64,000 nt of DNA, taken from assembly GCA_964344385.1 (NCBI GenBank), contig CAYFNG010000004.1, positions 73,528-137,527 on the forward strand. The letters run 5' to 3'. The stretch's first letter is position 1. Each line of letters begins with the position of its first letter. This document shows positions 34,880 through 49,680 of this stretch, piece by piece. This stretch comes from an uncultured Sneathiellales bacterium. GTDB lineage: Bacteria > Pseudomonadota > Alphaproteobacteria > CAYFNG01. The position numbers were made by a program, and so were the translations under genes. Below the pieces are notes generated by a model, which was given only the letters and a program-made list of their open reading frames with translations, was not told the DNA's origin and did not search any database.

Positions 34880-36292
34880 CTACCCGGCCAGCAGGGTCTC
34901 GCCGGTCAGGTGAAGGTCGACGGCGCGGGCGCAGCGCTGGCCCTCCTTGATCGCCCAGACCACCAATGATTGGCCGCGGCGCATGTCGCCGCAGGCGAAG
35001 ACCTTGGGGTTCGAGGTCTGGTAGGACTCAGTGTCGGCGGCAACATTGCCGCGTGCGTCGAGGTCGAGGCCCATTTCACCGATCATGCCTTCGTGTACCG
35101 GATGCACGAAGCCCATCGCCAACAGCACCAGATCGGCGGTCAGCACGAAATCGCTGCCCGGCACCTCCTGCATCTTATCGTCGACCAGCACGCAGTTGAG
35201 CTGGGTGATCCGACCGTCCTCGCCTTCGGCCGACTTGGTCATCACGCTCCACATCCGCTCGCAGCCCTCTTCATGGCTGGACGAGGACCGCAGCTTGTTG
35301 GGCCAATTGGGCCAGACCACCGCCTTCTCCTCGAGTTCCGGCGGCTTCGGCAGGATCTCGATCTGGGTGACCGACAGAGCCCCGTGCCGGATCGAGGTGC
35401 CGACACAGTCGGAGCCTGTATCGCCGCCGCCGATCACCACCACATGCTTGTCCGCCGCGGTCACGTCCTCGTCGATCGGTTCGCCGGCGACGCGGCGGTT
35501 CTGCTGGGTGAGGAAGGTCATGGCGAAGTGCATGCCGTTCAACTCGCGGCCCTCGATAGGCAGGTCGCGCGGCTTTTCCGATCCGCCGGCCAGGACGATG
35601 GCGTCATAGCGGTCCATCAGCCGCTGCACCGAAACGTTGACCCCGACATGGCTGTTGGGCCGGAACTCGACGCCTTCCGCCTGCATCTGGGCCATGCGCC
35701 GGTCGATCACCCATTTCTCCAGTTTGAAGTCGGGAATGCCGTAACGAAGCAGGCCGCCGATGCGGGCGTTCTTTTCGAACACCACGACTTCGTGACCGGC
35801 ACGAGCCAGTTGCTGGGCGGCGGCCAGGCCGGCCGGGCCGGAACCGACCACGGCGACCCGTTTGCCGGTGCGCCGCCGGGCGATCTGCGGCTTGATCCAG
35901 CCATTGGCCCAGCCCTGTTCGATGGTCGACAGTTCGATGTTGCGGATGGTCACCGGCTCGTCGGTCAGGTTCAGGGTGCAGGATGCCTCGCACGGCGCCG
36001 GACAGATGCGGCCGGTGAACTCCGGGAAGTTGTTGGTGCCGTGCAGAATAGCCAGCGCCTCGCGCCAGTTGCCGCGATAGATCTGGTGGTTCCAGTCAGG
36101 AATCAAATTGTCGACCGGACAACCCGAATGGCAGAACGGAATGCCGCAATCCATGCAACGCGCGCCCTGGCGGCCAAGTTCCTTGTCGTCCAGGGGAATG
36201 ACGAATTCGTTGAAATGGCGGGTCCGCTTGTGCACCGGCTCGTAGCCCGGCATCTGGCGGGTGATTTCCATAAATCCGGTCGGCTTGCCCAT
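34880..36292 (-). CDS. gltD: glutamate synthase (NADPH) small subunit
   Basis: N-terminal Fe-S cysteine clusters ([21 protein letters not shown]) and an FAD/NAD(P)-binding [10 protein letters not shown] motif. Sits directly downstream of gltB. Confidence 0.9.
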   Translation of the reverse strand: MGKPTGFMEITRQMPGYEPVHKRTRHFNEFVIPLDDKELGRQGARCMDCGIPFCHSGCPVDNLIPDWNHQIYRGNWREALAILHGTNNFPEFTGRICPAPCEASCTLNLTDEPVTIRNIELSTIEQGWANGWIKPQIARRRTGKRVAVVGSGPAGLAAAQQLARAGHEVVVFEKNARIGGLLRYGIPDFKLEKWVIDRRMAQMQAEGVEFRPNSHVGVNVSVQRLMDRYDAIVLAGGSEKPRDLPIEGRELNGMHFAMTFLTQQNRRVAGEPIDEDVTAADKHVVVIGGGDTGSDCVGTSIRHGALSVTQIEILPKPPELEEKAVVWPNWPNKLRSSSSHEEGCERMWSVMTKSAEGEDGRITQLNCVLVDDKMQEVPGSDFVLTADLVLLAMGFVHPVHEGMIGEMGLDLDARGNVAADTESYQTSNPKVFACGDMRRGQSLVVWAIKEGQRCARAVDLHLTGETLLAG

Positions 36293-36295
36293 GGA

Positions 36296-40948
<4,653 letters not shown>

Positions 40949-41329
40949 GAAAACTCCTCCTTCGGTTCAGGAGGCCTCGACAAAGCCGGTCGCCGATCAC
41001 CCCGAGTTCCGGCGCTAAGCCGGTCGGTCATCGTGCCGGTGCCGGTCGGACCGGCGCCGATCGCTGGACCATGCAATGGAAGCCACGTGAAACTTTGCGC
41101 CCAATTTGCCCGATTCCGCGCAAATCGGCAATACCGATGACACTTTGTCGCAGGAAACGGCGGTTTCCGGTGTTGGGGCGGAACCGGGATGGGGGTACCG
41201 CTTGGCCTGCGTTGCGGCTATTCCCATCGTCGGCGGTTTGGGGAATAATCAGGGCAGCAATTTCGGCTGAACGATGGCCTTTGGGCGCGCATGTATGGCG
41301 CCAGGCCGGTCTATGGGAGGGGACGGACC

Positions 41330-41827
41330 ATGGCAAATTTGATCCTGACGAGTGAAAGCTTTGCGGACGGTGAATATCTGGGTGCGGACCATATCCTGTC
41401 AGAAAATTTCGGTTTCGGCTGTGCCGGCGGCAACCAGTCACCGCACCTGGCCTGGACCGATCCGCCGTCCGGGACCGAGAGCTTTGCGCTCACCATGTTC
41501 GACCCGGACGCGCCGACCGGCAGCGGCTTCTGGCACTGGCTGGTGGTCAACATTCCGGCCAATGTCCGCGAACTGGCCCTGAATGCCAGTGCAGCGGGGT
41601 CCCTGCCGGACGGCTGCCTGGAAATCCGCACCGATTTTGGCAAGCCGGGCTATGGCGGTCCGTGCCCGCCCGAAGGCGACCATCCGCACCGCTATCTGTT
41701 CACCATCCACGCGGTCGGCATGGCCCAGTTGCCGGTGGTGGCGGACACCTCGGCGGCGGTGGTCGGCTTCCAGCTTCATTTCAACACCCTGGCCAAAGGG
41801 TCATTGATGGGGCTCTTCAAGCGCTAG
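41330..41827 (+). CDS. YbhB/YbcL-family PEBP (Raf kinase inhibitor-like) protein
   Basis: DPDAPTGSGFWHWLVVNIP and GYGGPCPPEGDHPHRYLFT are PEBP signatures. The ATG at 41330 sits behind GGAGGGGA. Confidence 0.8.
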   Translation: MANLILTSESFADGEYLGADHILSENFGFGCAGGNQSPHLAWTDPPSGTESFALTMFDPDAPTGSGFWHWLVVNIPANVRELALNASAAGSLPDGCLEIRTDFGKPGYGGPCPPEGDHPHRYLFTIHAVGMAQLPVVADTSAAVVGFQLHFNTLAKGSLMGLFKR

Positions 41828-41921
41828 GACCGCAGAGCCTGCCCGGCCGCGGCCGGTACCATCCTTGTCGAGAGTAGGTATTTGTCATGTGCATGTCCGC
41901 GATGCGGGCGGGTGACCGACC

Positions 41922-43226
41922 ATGAGCGTCGGCGGCGGCCCGAGTTCATTTGCCTTGAGACAGGCCGAGGGGCGGCTTTTTTATGGCTGGATCATTTTGG
42001 GCGCGGCGGCGATCCTGCTGTTCGCCAGCGGCCCTGGTCAATCCCATACCTTCAGCGTTTTCCTTGGTCACCTGACCCGGGAACTGGGCGTGTCCCAGAA
42101 GGCGGTGGCCAGCGCCTACGGATTGGCGACCCTGGCCGCGGCCCTGCTGCTGCCCCGGATCGGTGGCCTGGTCGACCGGTTCGGCCCCCGGCGCATGCTG
42201 TTGGCGGTGGGCAGCCTGTTGGGCTTTGCCTGTATCGGTTTCAGTCTGGCCAGCCATATCCTGTGGCTGGCAGTCGCCTTTGCCTGCCTCAGGTTGTTGG
42301 GTCAGGGATCGTTGATGCTGCTGTGCGCCAATTTGGTGGCGCAGTGGTTCCACGAACGGCGCGGTGTTGCCATGAGCGTCATGGTCCTGGGCTTTTCGGC
42401 GTCGGTGGCGATCCACCCACCATTGGCGCAGTGGCTGGTCGAGCTGTTTGACTGGCGCGGTGCCTGGGTCGGCTTAGGGATCATCACCTGGGTGGTGATC
42501 CTGCCCCTGGTCGGATTGCTGGTCCATGACCGCCCCGAGACGTTCGGGCTCAAGCCGGACGGCGAGGCGATTGCCGCCACCAAGCAGGGTCGGGCGGGGC
42601 ATGGCGGGTTCCAGGGTGCGGAAGAAGGTATGAACCTGCGCCAGGCCATGACCACGACGACGTTTTGGATCGTTGTGTCGGCGATGTTCACGCCGGCCCT
42701 GGTGGTCACTGCGCTGTTCTTCTATCAGGTTGAAATCCTGGCCGCCCATGGTATCGACCAGACGACCGCCGCCAACGTGTTCGTGGTTACCGGTGCGGTG
42801 ATGGCGGCCAGCATGCCACTGGTCGGCTGGCTGTTGGACCGGGTCGCGGCCAAGCTGGTGATCGCCGGGGCGCTGCTGCTGTTGGCCGCGACATTGTTCC
42901 TCGTGACCCAGGTCTATGATCCTGTTCTGGCCTATTTCTACGGTGTCTTCTTCGGTTTCAACAGTGCCGCCAACATGACCTTTTTCGGTTTTTTGCTGGC
43001 CCACTATTTCGGCCGCAAGCATCTTGGCAGCATCCAGGGCGCCGGCCAGATGATCGGTGTCATGGGCGCGTCCCTGGGGCCGCTGCCCTTGGGCTGGGCC
43101 TTCGACCAGTTTGGCGGCTATGACGGCGCCCTGAGGGCTTTGGCTGTCCTGCCGTTGAGTTGCGCCGTGCTGGCGTTGTTCCTACCCAGTCCAGCCGCGC
43201 TCAAGGCGGCGCATGAAGGGGCCTGA
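41922..43226 (+). CDS. MFS transporter
   Basis: 12-TM-like hydrophobic profile and an MFS loop motif (GGLVDRFGPRR). Confidence 0.8.
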   Translation: MSVGGGPSSFALRQAEGRLFYGWIILGAAAILLFASGPGQSHTFSVFLGHLTRELGVSQKAVASAYGLATLAAALLLPRIGGLVDRFGPRRMLLAVGSLLGFACIGFSLASHILWLAVAFACLRLLGQGSLMLLCANLVAQWFHERRGVAMSVMVLGFSASVAIHPPLAQWLVELFDWRGAWVGLGIITWVVILPLVGLLVHDRPETFGLKPDGEAIAATKQGRAGHGGFQGAEEGMNLRQAMTTTTFWIVVSAMFTPALVVTALFFYQVEILAAHGIDQTTAANVFVVTGAVMAASMPLVGWLLDRVAAKLVIAGALLLLAATLFLVTQVYDPVLAYFYGVFFGFNSAANMTFFGFLLAHYFGRKHLGSIQGAGQMIGVMGASLGPLPLGWAFDQFGGYDGALRALAVLPLSCAVLALFLPSPAALKAAHEGA

Positions 43227-43229
43227 CAC

Positions 43230-44747
43230 ATGAAGCGCCAACCCAATATCCTGATGTTCATGGTCGATCAGCTGACGCCCTTTGCCATGGGGGCTTACGG
43301 CAACCGCGTGGTCAAGGCGCCCCGGATGGATCGGCTGGCCGGGGAAGGGGTGGTGTTCACCTCGGCCTATTGCAACAGCCCGCTGTGCGCACCGGCACGC
43401 TTCTCGTTCATGTCCGGGCGGCTGCCCGCGGCCATCGCGGCCTATGACAACGCGGCCTATTTCCCGGCCAATCAGCCGACCTTGGCGCATGGGCTCAGGG
43501 CGCTGGGCTACCGCACGTCGCTGGCCGGGAAGATGCATTTCATCGGCCCCGACCAGTTGCACGGCTTCGAGGAACGACGCACCACCGACATCTATCCGGC
43601 CGATTTCGGTTGGGTGCCCGACTGGCGGCACACCGAGGAACGATTCGACTGGTGGTACCACAACATGTCCAGCGTCACCGGCGCCGGAGTGGCCGAGATC
43701 ACCAACCAGTTGGAGTTCGATGACGAGGTTGGGTCCGCCGCCTTGCAAGCGCTTTACGACTTCGCGCGCGATGACAGCGGCCGGCCGTTTTTCCTGTGTG
43801 CCTCGTTCACCCATCCCCATGACCCCTATGTGGCCCGGGCCGAGTATTGGGGACGCTATCGCGATGCCGACATCGACCTGCCGCGGGTGCCGGCCATGGC
43901 GGAGGCCGACCTGGACCCCCACAGCCGGCGGCTGCGCCAGGTCTACGACTACGCCGCGGTCGAGATCACCGACCAGGATATCCGCAATGCCAGGCGCGCC
44001 TATTACGGCAATATCAGCTATCTCGACGATTGGCTGGGGCGGCTGCTGGACGCGCTCGGCGACCTGGGCCTGGCCGACGACACGGTGGTGATCCTGGTCG
44101 GCGACCACGGCGAGATGCTGGGCGAACGCGGGCTCTGGTACAAGATGAGCCTCTTCGAATCCAGCGTCCGGGTACCGATGATCGTGCACGCCCCGGGGCG
44201 GTTCAGCGCCAACCGGGCCGACGCCCATGTCTCCTTGGTCGACATGTTGCCGACCTTGCTGGATCTGGGTGGGGGATCGGTGGGAGATTTCCCAGGACCG
44301 ATCGACGGCCGCAGCTTGTTGCCACTGCTGGAGGGCGGCGCCGGCGAGGGCGAGGTGTTCGCCGAGTTTCTCGGCGAGGGTGCCGTCGCGCCCCTGGTCA
44401 TGATCCGCCGCGGTCGCTGGAAATATGTGCAATGCCCGGCCGATCCGCCGCAACTCTTCGACCTGGAAGCGGATCCGGACGAATTGGACAATTTGGCCGG
44501 CTCGGCCGCCGCGGCGGAGGTCGAGGCCGGGTTTGCGGCCGAAGTGGCGGAACGCTGGGACCTGGCCGACCTGCACGAACGCGTTTTGGTAGATCAGCAG
44601 CGGCGGCGCTATCTGCACCGGGTCTTGAGCCAGGGTCGCATCACGGCTTGGGACTTCCAGCCTTTTTCCGACGCCGCGGACCGTTTCATGCGCAATCACA
44701 AGGACCTCAACCAAGTCGAACACAAGGGCCGCTTCCCGCGCGACTGA
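43230..44747 (+). CDS. betC: choline-sulfatase (type I sulfatase, BetC-like)
   Basis: CAPARFSFMSGR formylglycine motif. The block GPDQLHGFEERRTTDIYPADFGWVPDW...HPHDPYVAR...LGERGLWYKM closely matches characterised BetC. Confidence 0.8.
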   Translation: MKRQPNILMFMVDQLTPFAMGAYGNRVVKAPRMDRLAGEGVVFTSAYCNSPLCAPARFSFMSGRLPAAIAAYDNAAYFPANQPTLAHGLRALGYRTSLAGKMHFIGPDQLHGFEERRTTDIYPADFGWVPDWRHTEERFDWWYHNMSSVTGAGVAEITNQLEFDDEVGSAALQALYDFARDDSGRPFFLCASFTHPHDPYVARAEYWGRYRDADIDLPRVPAMAEADLDPHSRRLRQVYDYAAVEITDQDIRNARRAYYGNISYLDDWLGRLLDALGDLGLADDTVVILVGDHGEMLGERGLWYKMSLFESSVRVPMIVHAPGRFSANRADAHVSLVDMLPTLLDLGGGSVGDFPGPIDGRSLLPLLEGGAGEGEVFAEFLGEGAVAPLVMIRRGRWKYVQCPADPPQLFDLEADPDELDNLAGSAAAAEVEAGFAAEVAERWDLADLHERVLVDQQRRRYLHRVLSQGRITAWDFQPFSDAADRFMRNHKDLNQVEHKGRFPRD

Positions 44748-44827
44748 TCGTTGCAGAATTGGCTTGTCATTGATTAGCCTGCAACCTAATTTCATGCGGT
44801 CGTCCGAGAGGGCGGCGTGTTATCAAC

Positions 44828-44990
44828 ATAGAGGCGCTTGTTCTCAGGGCAGGGTGTAATTCCCGACCGGCGGTATCCTTCGAAGATCTGAAGGCAGCCC
44901 GCGAGCGCCCATCGCCGCCAGGCGGTGGGGTCAGCAGATCCGGTGAGAGGCCGGAGCCGACGGTAACAGTCCGGATGGGAGAGGATAAGC
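44828..44990 (+). ncRNA. FMN riboswitch (RFN element) in the ribB leader
   Basis: Conserved RFN segments TTCTCAGGGCAGGGTGTAATTCCCGACCGGCGGTA ... GGTCAGCAGATCCGGTGAGAGGCCGGAGCCGACGGTAACAGTCCGGATGGGAGAGG. Confidence 0.75.
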
Positions 44991-45105
44991 TTGTTTGGCC
45001 GTGCCTTCGCGGGCGCGGCCCGGCGTCCGCGCGTGGCCCGGCGACGGGTTTCGTGCAGCTTCCAAGCCGCCCTGATTCTGGCTCCCGTCGATTGGAGAGA
45101 CGGCC

Positions 45106-45774
45106 ATGAATCAGTCTGCAAAAGGTAATCTGTTAGAAGAAAAGTTCGGTACCCCGTTTGACCGGGTCGAGGCCGCGGTGGCGCAGATGCGAGACGGCGG
45201 CGGCGTCCTGGTTGTCGATGACGAGGACCGGGAAAACGAAGGCGATCTGATTTTCCCCGCGGAAAGCCTGACCGTCGAGCAAATGGCGATGCTGATCCGC
45301 GAATGCTCGGGCATCGTCTGCCTGTGCCTGACCGACGAACAGCTTGCCCGGCTGGCCCTGCCGCAAATGGTGCCGGTCAATTCCTCGCGCATGGGTACCG
45401 CGTTCACCATCTCGATCGAGGCGGCGTCCGGCGTGACCACCGGGGTGTCGGCCGCCGACCGGGTGACCACGGTGCAGGCCGCGATCGCCGACCGGGCCCG
45501 GTCCGAGGATCTGGTCAGCCCCGGCCACATGTTCCCCTTGCGGGCCCACCCGGCCGGGGTGCTGGGCCGGCGCGGTCATACCGAGGCCACCGTCGATCTT
45601 GCCGCCATGGCCGGTTGGAAACCGGCCGGCGTTCTCTGCGAATTGACCAATCGCGACGGCACCATGGCGCGGCTGCCCGAAATCCTTGCTTTTGCCGAGC
45701 GGGAGGGGTTGCCGGTCGTGACCGTGGAAGACATTGCAGCCTATCGTCGCCACGGCCTGGCGGCGGCGGGATAG
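45106..45774 (+). CDS. ribB: 3,4-dihydroxy-2-butanone 4-phosphate synthase
   Basis: RENEGDLI, the [20 protein letters not shown] block, and HTEATVDL. Confidence 0.9.
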   Translation: MNQSAKGNLLEEKFGTPFDRVEAAVAQMRDGGGVLVVDDEDRENEGDLIFPAESLTVEQMAMLIRECSGIVCLCLTDEQLARLALPQMVPVNSSRMGTAFTISIEAASGVTTGVSAADRVTTVQAAIADRARSEDLVSPGHMFPLRAHPAGVLGRRGHTEATVDLAAMAGWKPAGVLCELTNRDGTMARLPEILAFAEREGLPVVTVEDIAAYRRHGLAAAG

Positions 45775-45887
45775 ACGGTCAGGGAACACTAGCCGGCGTG
45801 GTGGTTCAGTTGTCGGTGTCGAACTGCTATCCTGAGGGTTCGCCGGTAACAAGGCGCAACAAGAAACCGATCAGGGAGTGACGCGGT

Positions 45888-47351
45888 TTGCCCGACACGC
45901 CGCAGGGATTGACCGACGATCTGACAGTGCGCCAACAGGCGGCACAGGCTTTGGCGCGCCTGTTCGACAGCCTCTACGAGGGCGCGATCGTGGTCGATGC
46001 CGAGGCGCGGATCGTGTGGATGAACGACAAATACAAGGCGTTGATCGGCTGGAACGGGGTCCAGCCGATCGAAGGCCATCCGGTCGAAGAGATCATCCCC
46101 AATTCGCGCATGCGCGACGTGGTCGAGAGCGGCAAAGCCGACCTTCTGGATATCTTCGCGGTGAACGACCGCCAGATGGTGGTGTCCCGGATTCCGTTGA
46201 GCGATGAGGCCGGCGAGATCACCGGCGCCCTTGGCGTGATCCTCTATGACCGGGTCAACGCCCTGCGACCGATCGTGTCCAAATTCCAACGCCTTCAGAG
46301 CGATCTCGCGTCGGCCCAGCGGGAGTTGGCGGACCGACGCCGGGCCCGATACCGGTTCAGCGATTTTGTCGGTGCATCGAAGGTGGTGCGTGATCTCAAG
46401 GCCAAGGCGCGCCGTGCCGCGGCCGGCGAGGCCACGGTCCTGCTGCTTGGTGAAACCGGCACCGGCAAGGAATTGCTGGCCCACGCGATCCACGCCGCCT
46501 CGCCCCGCGCCGAAAAACCGATGGTCCGGGTCAACGCGGCCGCGATCCCGGAGAACCTGTTGGAAGCGGAACTGTTCGGGGTGGCGCCCGGCGCCTATAC
46601 CGGCGCCGATCCCAAGGGTCGAGCTGGCAAGATCCAGTTGGCCGAGGGCGGCAGCCTGTTCCTGGACGAGGTCGGCGATATGCCATTGCCGCTGCAGGTC
46701 AAGCTGCTGCGGGTCTTGCAGGAGCGCGAAATCGAACCGCTTGGATCGAACAAGGTTATCCCGGTCGATGTCCGAGTTATTGCCGCGACCAGCCGAGACC
46801 TGGAGGTCATGGTGGCGCAAGGACGGTTCCGGGCCGATCTCTATTACCGCTTACATGTTGTACCGCTGACCATCCCGCCCCTGCGGCAAAGGCAGGAGGA
46901 TCTGGCGGCGCTCTGCCATGCGCTGCTGGAGCGGTTGGCCCATGAGAGCGGCGACGAGTTGCGCGGCATCGACCAGGGGGCGCTCGACCTGCTGATCCGG
47001 TATTCCTGGCCGGGCAATGTGCGGGAGCTCGCCAACGTGCTGCAACAGGCGGTCAATTTGGATGATGCGCACGATCTCGGACGGCGACATATTGCTCGGG
47101 TGCTGCCGGAAACCGAATTGTTGAAGCCTGAGACCGTAACGGCGCCAATCTTGGGAGAGGCGAACCTTGAAATGGCGCGGCAGGGCGAGGTTCGCAAGCT
47201 GCGCGAGGTCCAGGCGGAGGTCGAACGCGAGATGCTGCAACGCGCCCTGGCCGCCAGCGGTGGGGTCAAGGTCAAGGCCGCCAAGCTGTTGGGCATCAGC
47301 CGGGCCCAATTCTATGAAAAACTGGCCGCCCATGGTGAAATGTCCGGATAA
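45888..47351 (+). CDS. sigma54-dependent transcriptional activator (N-terminal PAS, AAA+ sigma54-interaction domain, C-terminal HTH); no receiver domain
   Basis: GETGTGKE Walker A, the GAFTGA-like loop (ELFGVAPGAYTGA), ESELFGH-equivalent and RELAN motifs, and a C-terminal Fis-type HTH. TTG/alternative start. Confidence 0.85.
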   Translation: MPDTPQGLTDDLTVRQQAAQALARLFDSLYEGAIVVDAEARIVWMNDKYKALIGWNGVQPIEGHPVEEIIPNSRMRDVVESGKADLLDIFAVNDRQMVVSRIPLSDEAGEITGALGVILYDRVNALRPIVSKFQRLQSDLASAQRELADRRRARYRFSDFVGASKVVRDLKAKARRAAAGEATVLLLGETGTGKELLAHAIHAASPRAEKPMVRVNAAAIPENLLEAELFGVAPGAYTGADPKGRAGKIQLAEGGSLFLDEVGDMPLPLQVKLLRVLQEREIEPLGSNKVIPVDVRVIAATSRDLEVMVAQGRFRADLYYRLHVVPLTIPPLRQRQEDLAALCHALLERLAHESGDELRGIDQGALDLLIRYSWPGNVRELANVLQQAVNLDDAHDLGRRHIARVLPETELLKPETVTAPILGEANLEMARQGEVRKLREVQAEVEREMLQRALAASGGVKVKAAKLLGISRAQFYEKLAAHGEMSG

Positions 47352-47456
47352 CCAGACAAAAAACTGCCATGTCCGCAATACCGGACAGTTGTCTAAATTA
47401 TTGAAAACAAATTGTAAAATACCTGCTTCATGAAAAACTGTCAGGAAATACGGACA
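47341..47456. promoter_or_regulatory. three 18-bp TGTC-N10-GACA dyads (candidate upstream activator sites) upstream of the sigma54 promoter
   Basis: TGTCCGGATAACCAGACA (47341-58), TGTCCGCAATACCGGACA (47370-87), TGTCAGGAAATACGGACA (47439-56). Confidence 0.45.
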
Positions 47457-47543
47457 TCAACCCGTAGCCTATAAACCGCGAAATTCGGCGAGTTTTCGGG
47501 CAAGTGATTGTCGGATAACGGTTTTTTTACCGATTCGGGCGGT

Positions 47544-47558
47544 TGGCACGCCGCTTGC
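47544..47558 (+). promoter_or_regulatory. sigma54 (-24/-12) promoter TGGCAC-GCCGC-TTGC, about 75 nt upstream of the ABC substrate-binding-protein gene
   Basis: Exact consensus core, adjacent to a sigma54 activator gene and the upstream dyad sites. Confidence 0.6.
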
Positions 47559-47633
47559 CTATTAAGGGCGACGAGCGCGACCCAAAACAATCGGGCGCGA
47601 TGAGGGAACGTCAAATCGAGAGGAACCCCTAGC

Positions 47634-48824
47634 ATGAAACTCAGAACTCTCTGCGCCGCCGCGGCAGTCGCGACGGTCTTCGCCTTTAGCACCGCCCAGG
47701 CAGCCGACCCGATCCGCATCGCGCTGGTTCACGGTACCTCCGGCCACACTTTCGAAGTTTTTTCCAAGCAAACCCAGACCGGCTTCATGTTGGGCCTGGA
47801 ATACGCCACCAACGGGTCGATGACGGTCAAGGGCCGCAAGCTCGAGATCATCAAGAAGGACACCCAGTTCAAGCCCGACGTGGCCCGGGCCGTGCTGGCC
47901 GAGGCCTATGGTGACGACGACGTCGTCCTGGCGGTCGGTGCCACGTCATCCGGCGTAACCAAGGGTCTGCTGCCGATCGCGGCCGAGTACGAAAAGATCC
48001 TGATGATCGAACCGGCGGTCGCCGACTCCCTGACCGGCAAGGATTCGAACCGTTACGTCTTCAAAACCTCGCGCAATTCGTCCATGGACATGCAGGCCCA
48101 GGCCAGGGCACTGAAGCCGGACAGCAACCTCTACGTTGCCACCCTGGCCGAGGATTATGCCTTTGGCCATGACGGTATTTCCGCCTTCAAGGCGGCGTTG
48201 GGCGGCTCCGGCGCCAATATCGTGCACGAGGAGTATGTGCCGCTGAAGACCACCGATTTCACCGCCCCGACCGAACGCATCTTCAACGCCCTGAAGGACA
48301 AGCCTGGTCGCAAGGTGCTGCTGATCTACGTCGCCGGCGGCGGCGGCGCATTGACCAAGATCGCCGGCATGAAGCCGGAACGCTATGGCATCGAGATCTC
48401 CACCGGTGGCCATATCCTTCCCGTTCTGCCGTCCTACAAGGTGGTGCCGGGCATGGAAGGCGCCGTCTATTACTATTACGAAGCGCCGAAAAATGCGATC
48501 AACGACTGGCTGGTCAAAACCCACCAGGAGCGCTTCGACGGCCCGCCGGACTTCTTCACCGCCGGCGGCATGGCGGCGGCACTGGCCGTGGTCAAGACGC
48601 TGGAAACCGCCAAGTCGACCGAGACCGAGGACCTGATCGCGGCCATGGAGGGCATGAGCTGGCAGACACCGAAGGGTGAGATGACTTTCCGCAAGGAGGA
48701 CCATCAGGCGCTGCAGTCCATGTATCATTTCAAGATCCGGGTCGACCCGAAGGTGAAATGGGCGATCCCCGACCTGGTGCGTGAGATCAAGCCCAGCGAG
48801 ATGAATATCCCGATCAACCGCTAA
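47634..48824 (+). CDS. ABC transporter periplasmic substrate-binding protein (branched-chain amino acid / amide / urea type, Peripla_BP_6)
   Basis: Signal peptide and a LivJ-like fold of about 396 aa. Confidence 0.85.
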   Translation: MKLRTLCAAAAVATVFAFSTAQAADPIRIALVHGTSGHTFEVFSKQTQTGFMLGLEYATNGSMTVKGRKLEIIKKDTQFKPDVARAVLAEAYGDDDVVLAVGATSSGVTKGLLPIAAEYEKILMIEPAVADSLTGKDSNRYVFKTSRNSSMDMQAQARALKPDSNLYVATLAEDYAFGHDGISAFKAALGGSGANIVHEEYVPLKTTDFTAPTERIFNALKDKPGRKVLLIYVAGGGGALTKIAGMKPERYGIEISTGGHILPVLPSYKVVPGMEGAVYYYYEAPKNAINDWLVKTHQERFDGPPDFFTAGGMAAALAVVKTLETAKSTETEDLIAAMEGMSWQTPKGEMTFRKEDHQALQSMYHFKIRVDPKVKWAIPDLVREIKPSEMNIPINR

Positions 48825-48906
48825 CGGCGTATCCACCGCCCGGTCCCGCGATCCTTTGCGACGGGGCCGGGCGGCGGTCGCAAGCCGCGACCAACGGGGC
48901 AAGATC

Positions 48907-49680
48907 ATGACCATGTCGCATCCGGCGTTGGAAACCCGCGATCTGACCATCCGCTTCGGCGGCCATATCGCGGTCAATTCGGTATCCTGCGCCTTCCACC
49001 CCGGGACCCTGACCGCCATTGTCGGGCCGAACGGAGCGGGCAAGACCACCTATTTCAACCTGATTTCCGGCCAGCTGCCGGCCAGTGCCGGCCAGGTCTT
49101 CGTCTATGGCGAGGACGTCACCAAGGCACCGGCACCGGCCCGCACGGCCATGGGCATCGGCCGGGCCTTCCAACTGACCAACCTGTTTCCCAACCTCACC
49201 GTCCTGGAGAATGTCCGGCTGGCGGTGCAGGCACGGGAGGGCATGGGGCTGAACCTGTTTTCCATGGCGTCGCGGCACATCGAACTGATTGAGAAGGCGG
49301 AGCACTACCTAGAGCGGGTTGCCCTGGCCAGCATGGCCCGCAACCTGGCCGCCACCCTGCCGCATGGCGACCAGCGCAAGCTGGAGGTCGCGGTTCTGCT
49401 GGCCCTGGAGCCGGATATCTTCATGTTCGACGAACCCACCGCCGGCATGGCGGTCGACGAGGTGCCGGTGATCCTGGAACTGATCGAGCAGATCAAGGCC
49501 AACAGCGACAAGACCGTGCTGCTGGTCGAACACAAGATGGACGTGGTCCGCAGCCTGGCCGACCGCATCATCGTCCTGCACAACGGATTCCTGGTTGCCG
49601 ACGGCGCCCCGGCCGAAGTGATCGCCTCGCCGATCGTCCAGGAAGCCTATCTGGGAATGGGAGCCTCGGCCCATGTCTGA
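48907..49680 (+). CDS. ABC transporter ATP-binding protein (LivG-like)
   Basis: Walker A GPNGAGKTT, ABC signature, Walker B LFMFDEPTAG. Confidence 0.85.
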   Translation: MTMSHPALETRDLTIRFGGHIAVNSVSCAFHPGTLTAIVGPNGAGKTTYFNLISGQLPASAGQVFVYGEDVTKAPAPARTAMGIGRAFQLTNLFPNLTVLENVRLAVQAREGMGLNLFSMASRHIELIEKAEHYLERVALASMARNLAATLPHGDQRKLEVAVLLALEPDIFMFDEPTAGMAVDEVPVILELIEQIKANSDKTVLLVEHKMDVVRSLADRIIVLHNGFLVADGAPAEVIASPIVQEAYLGMGASAHV

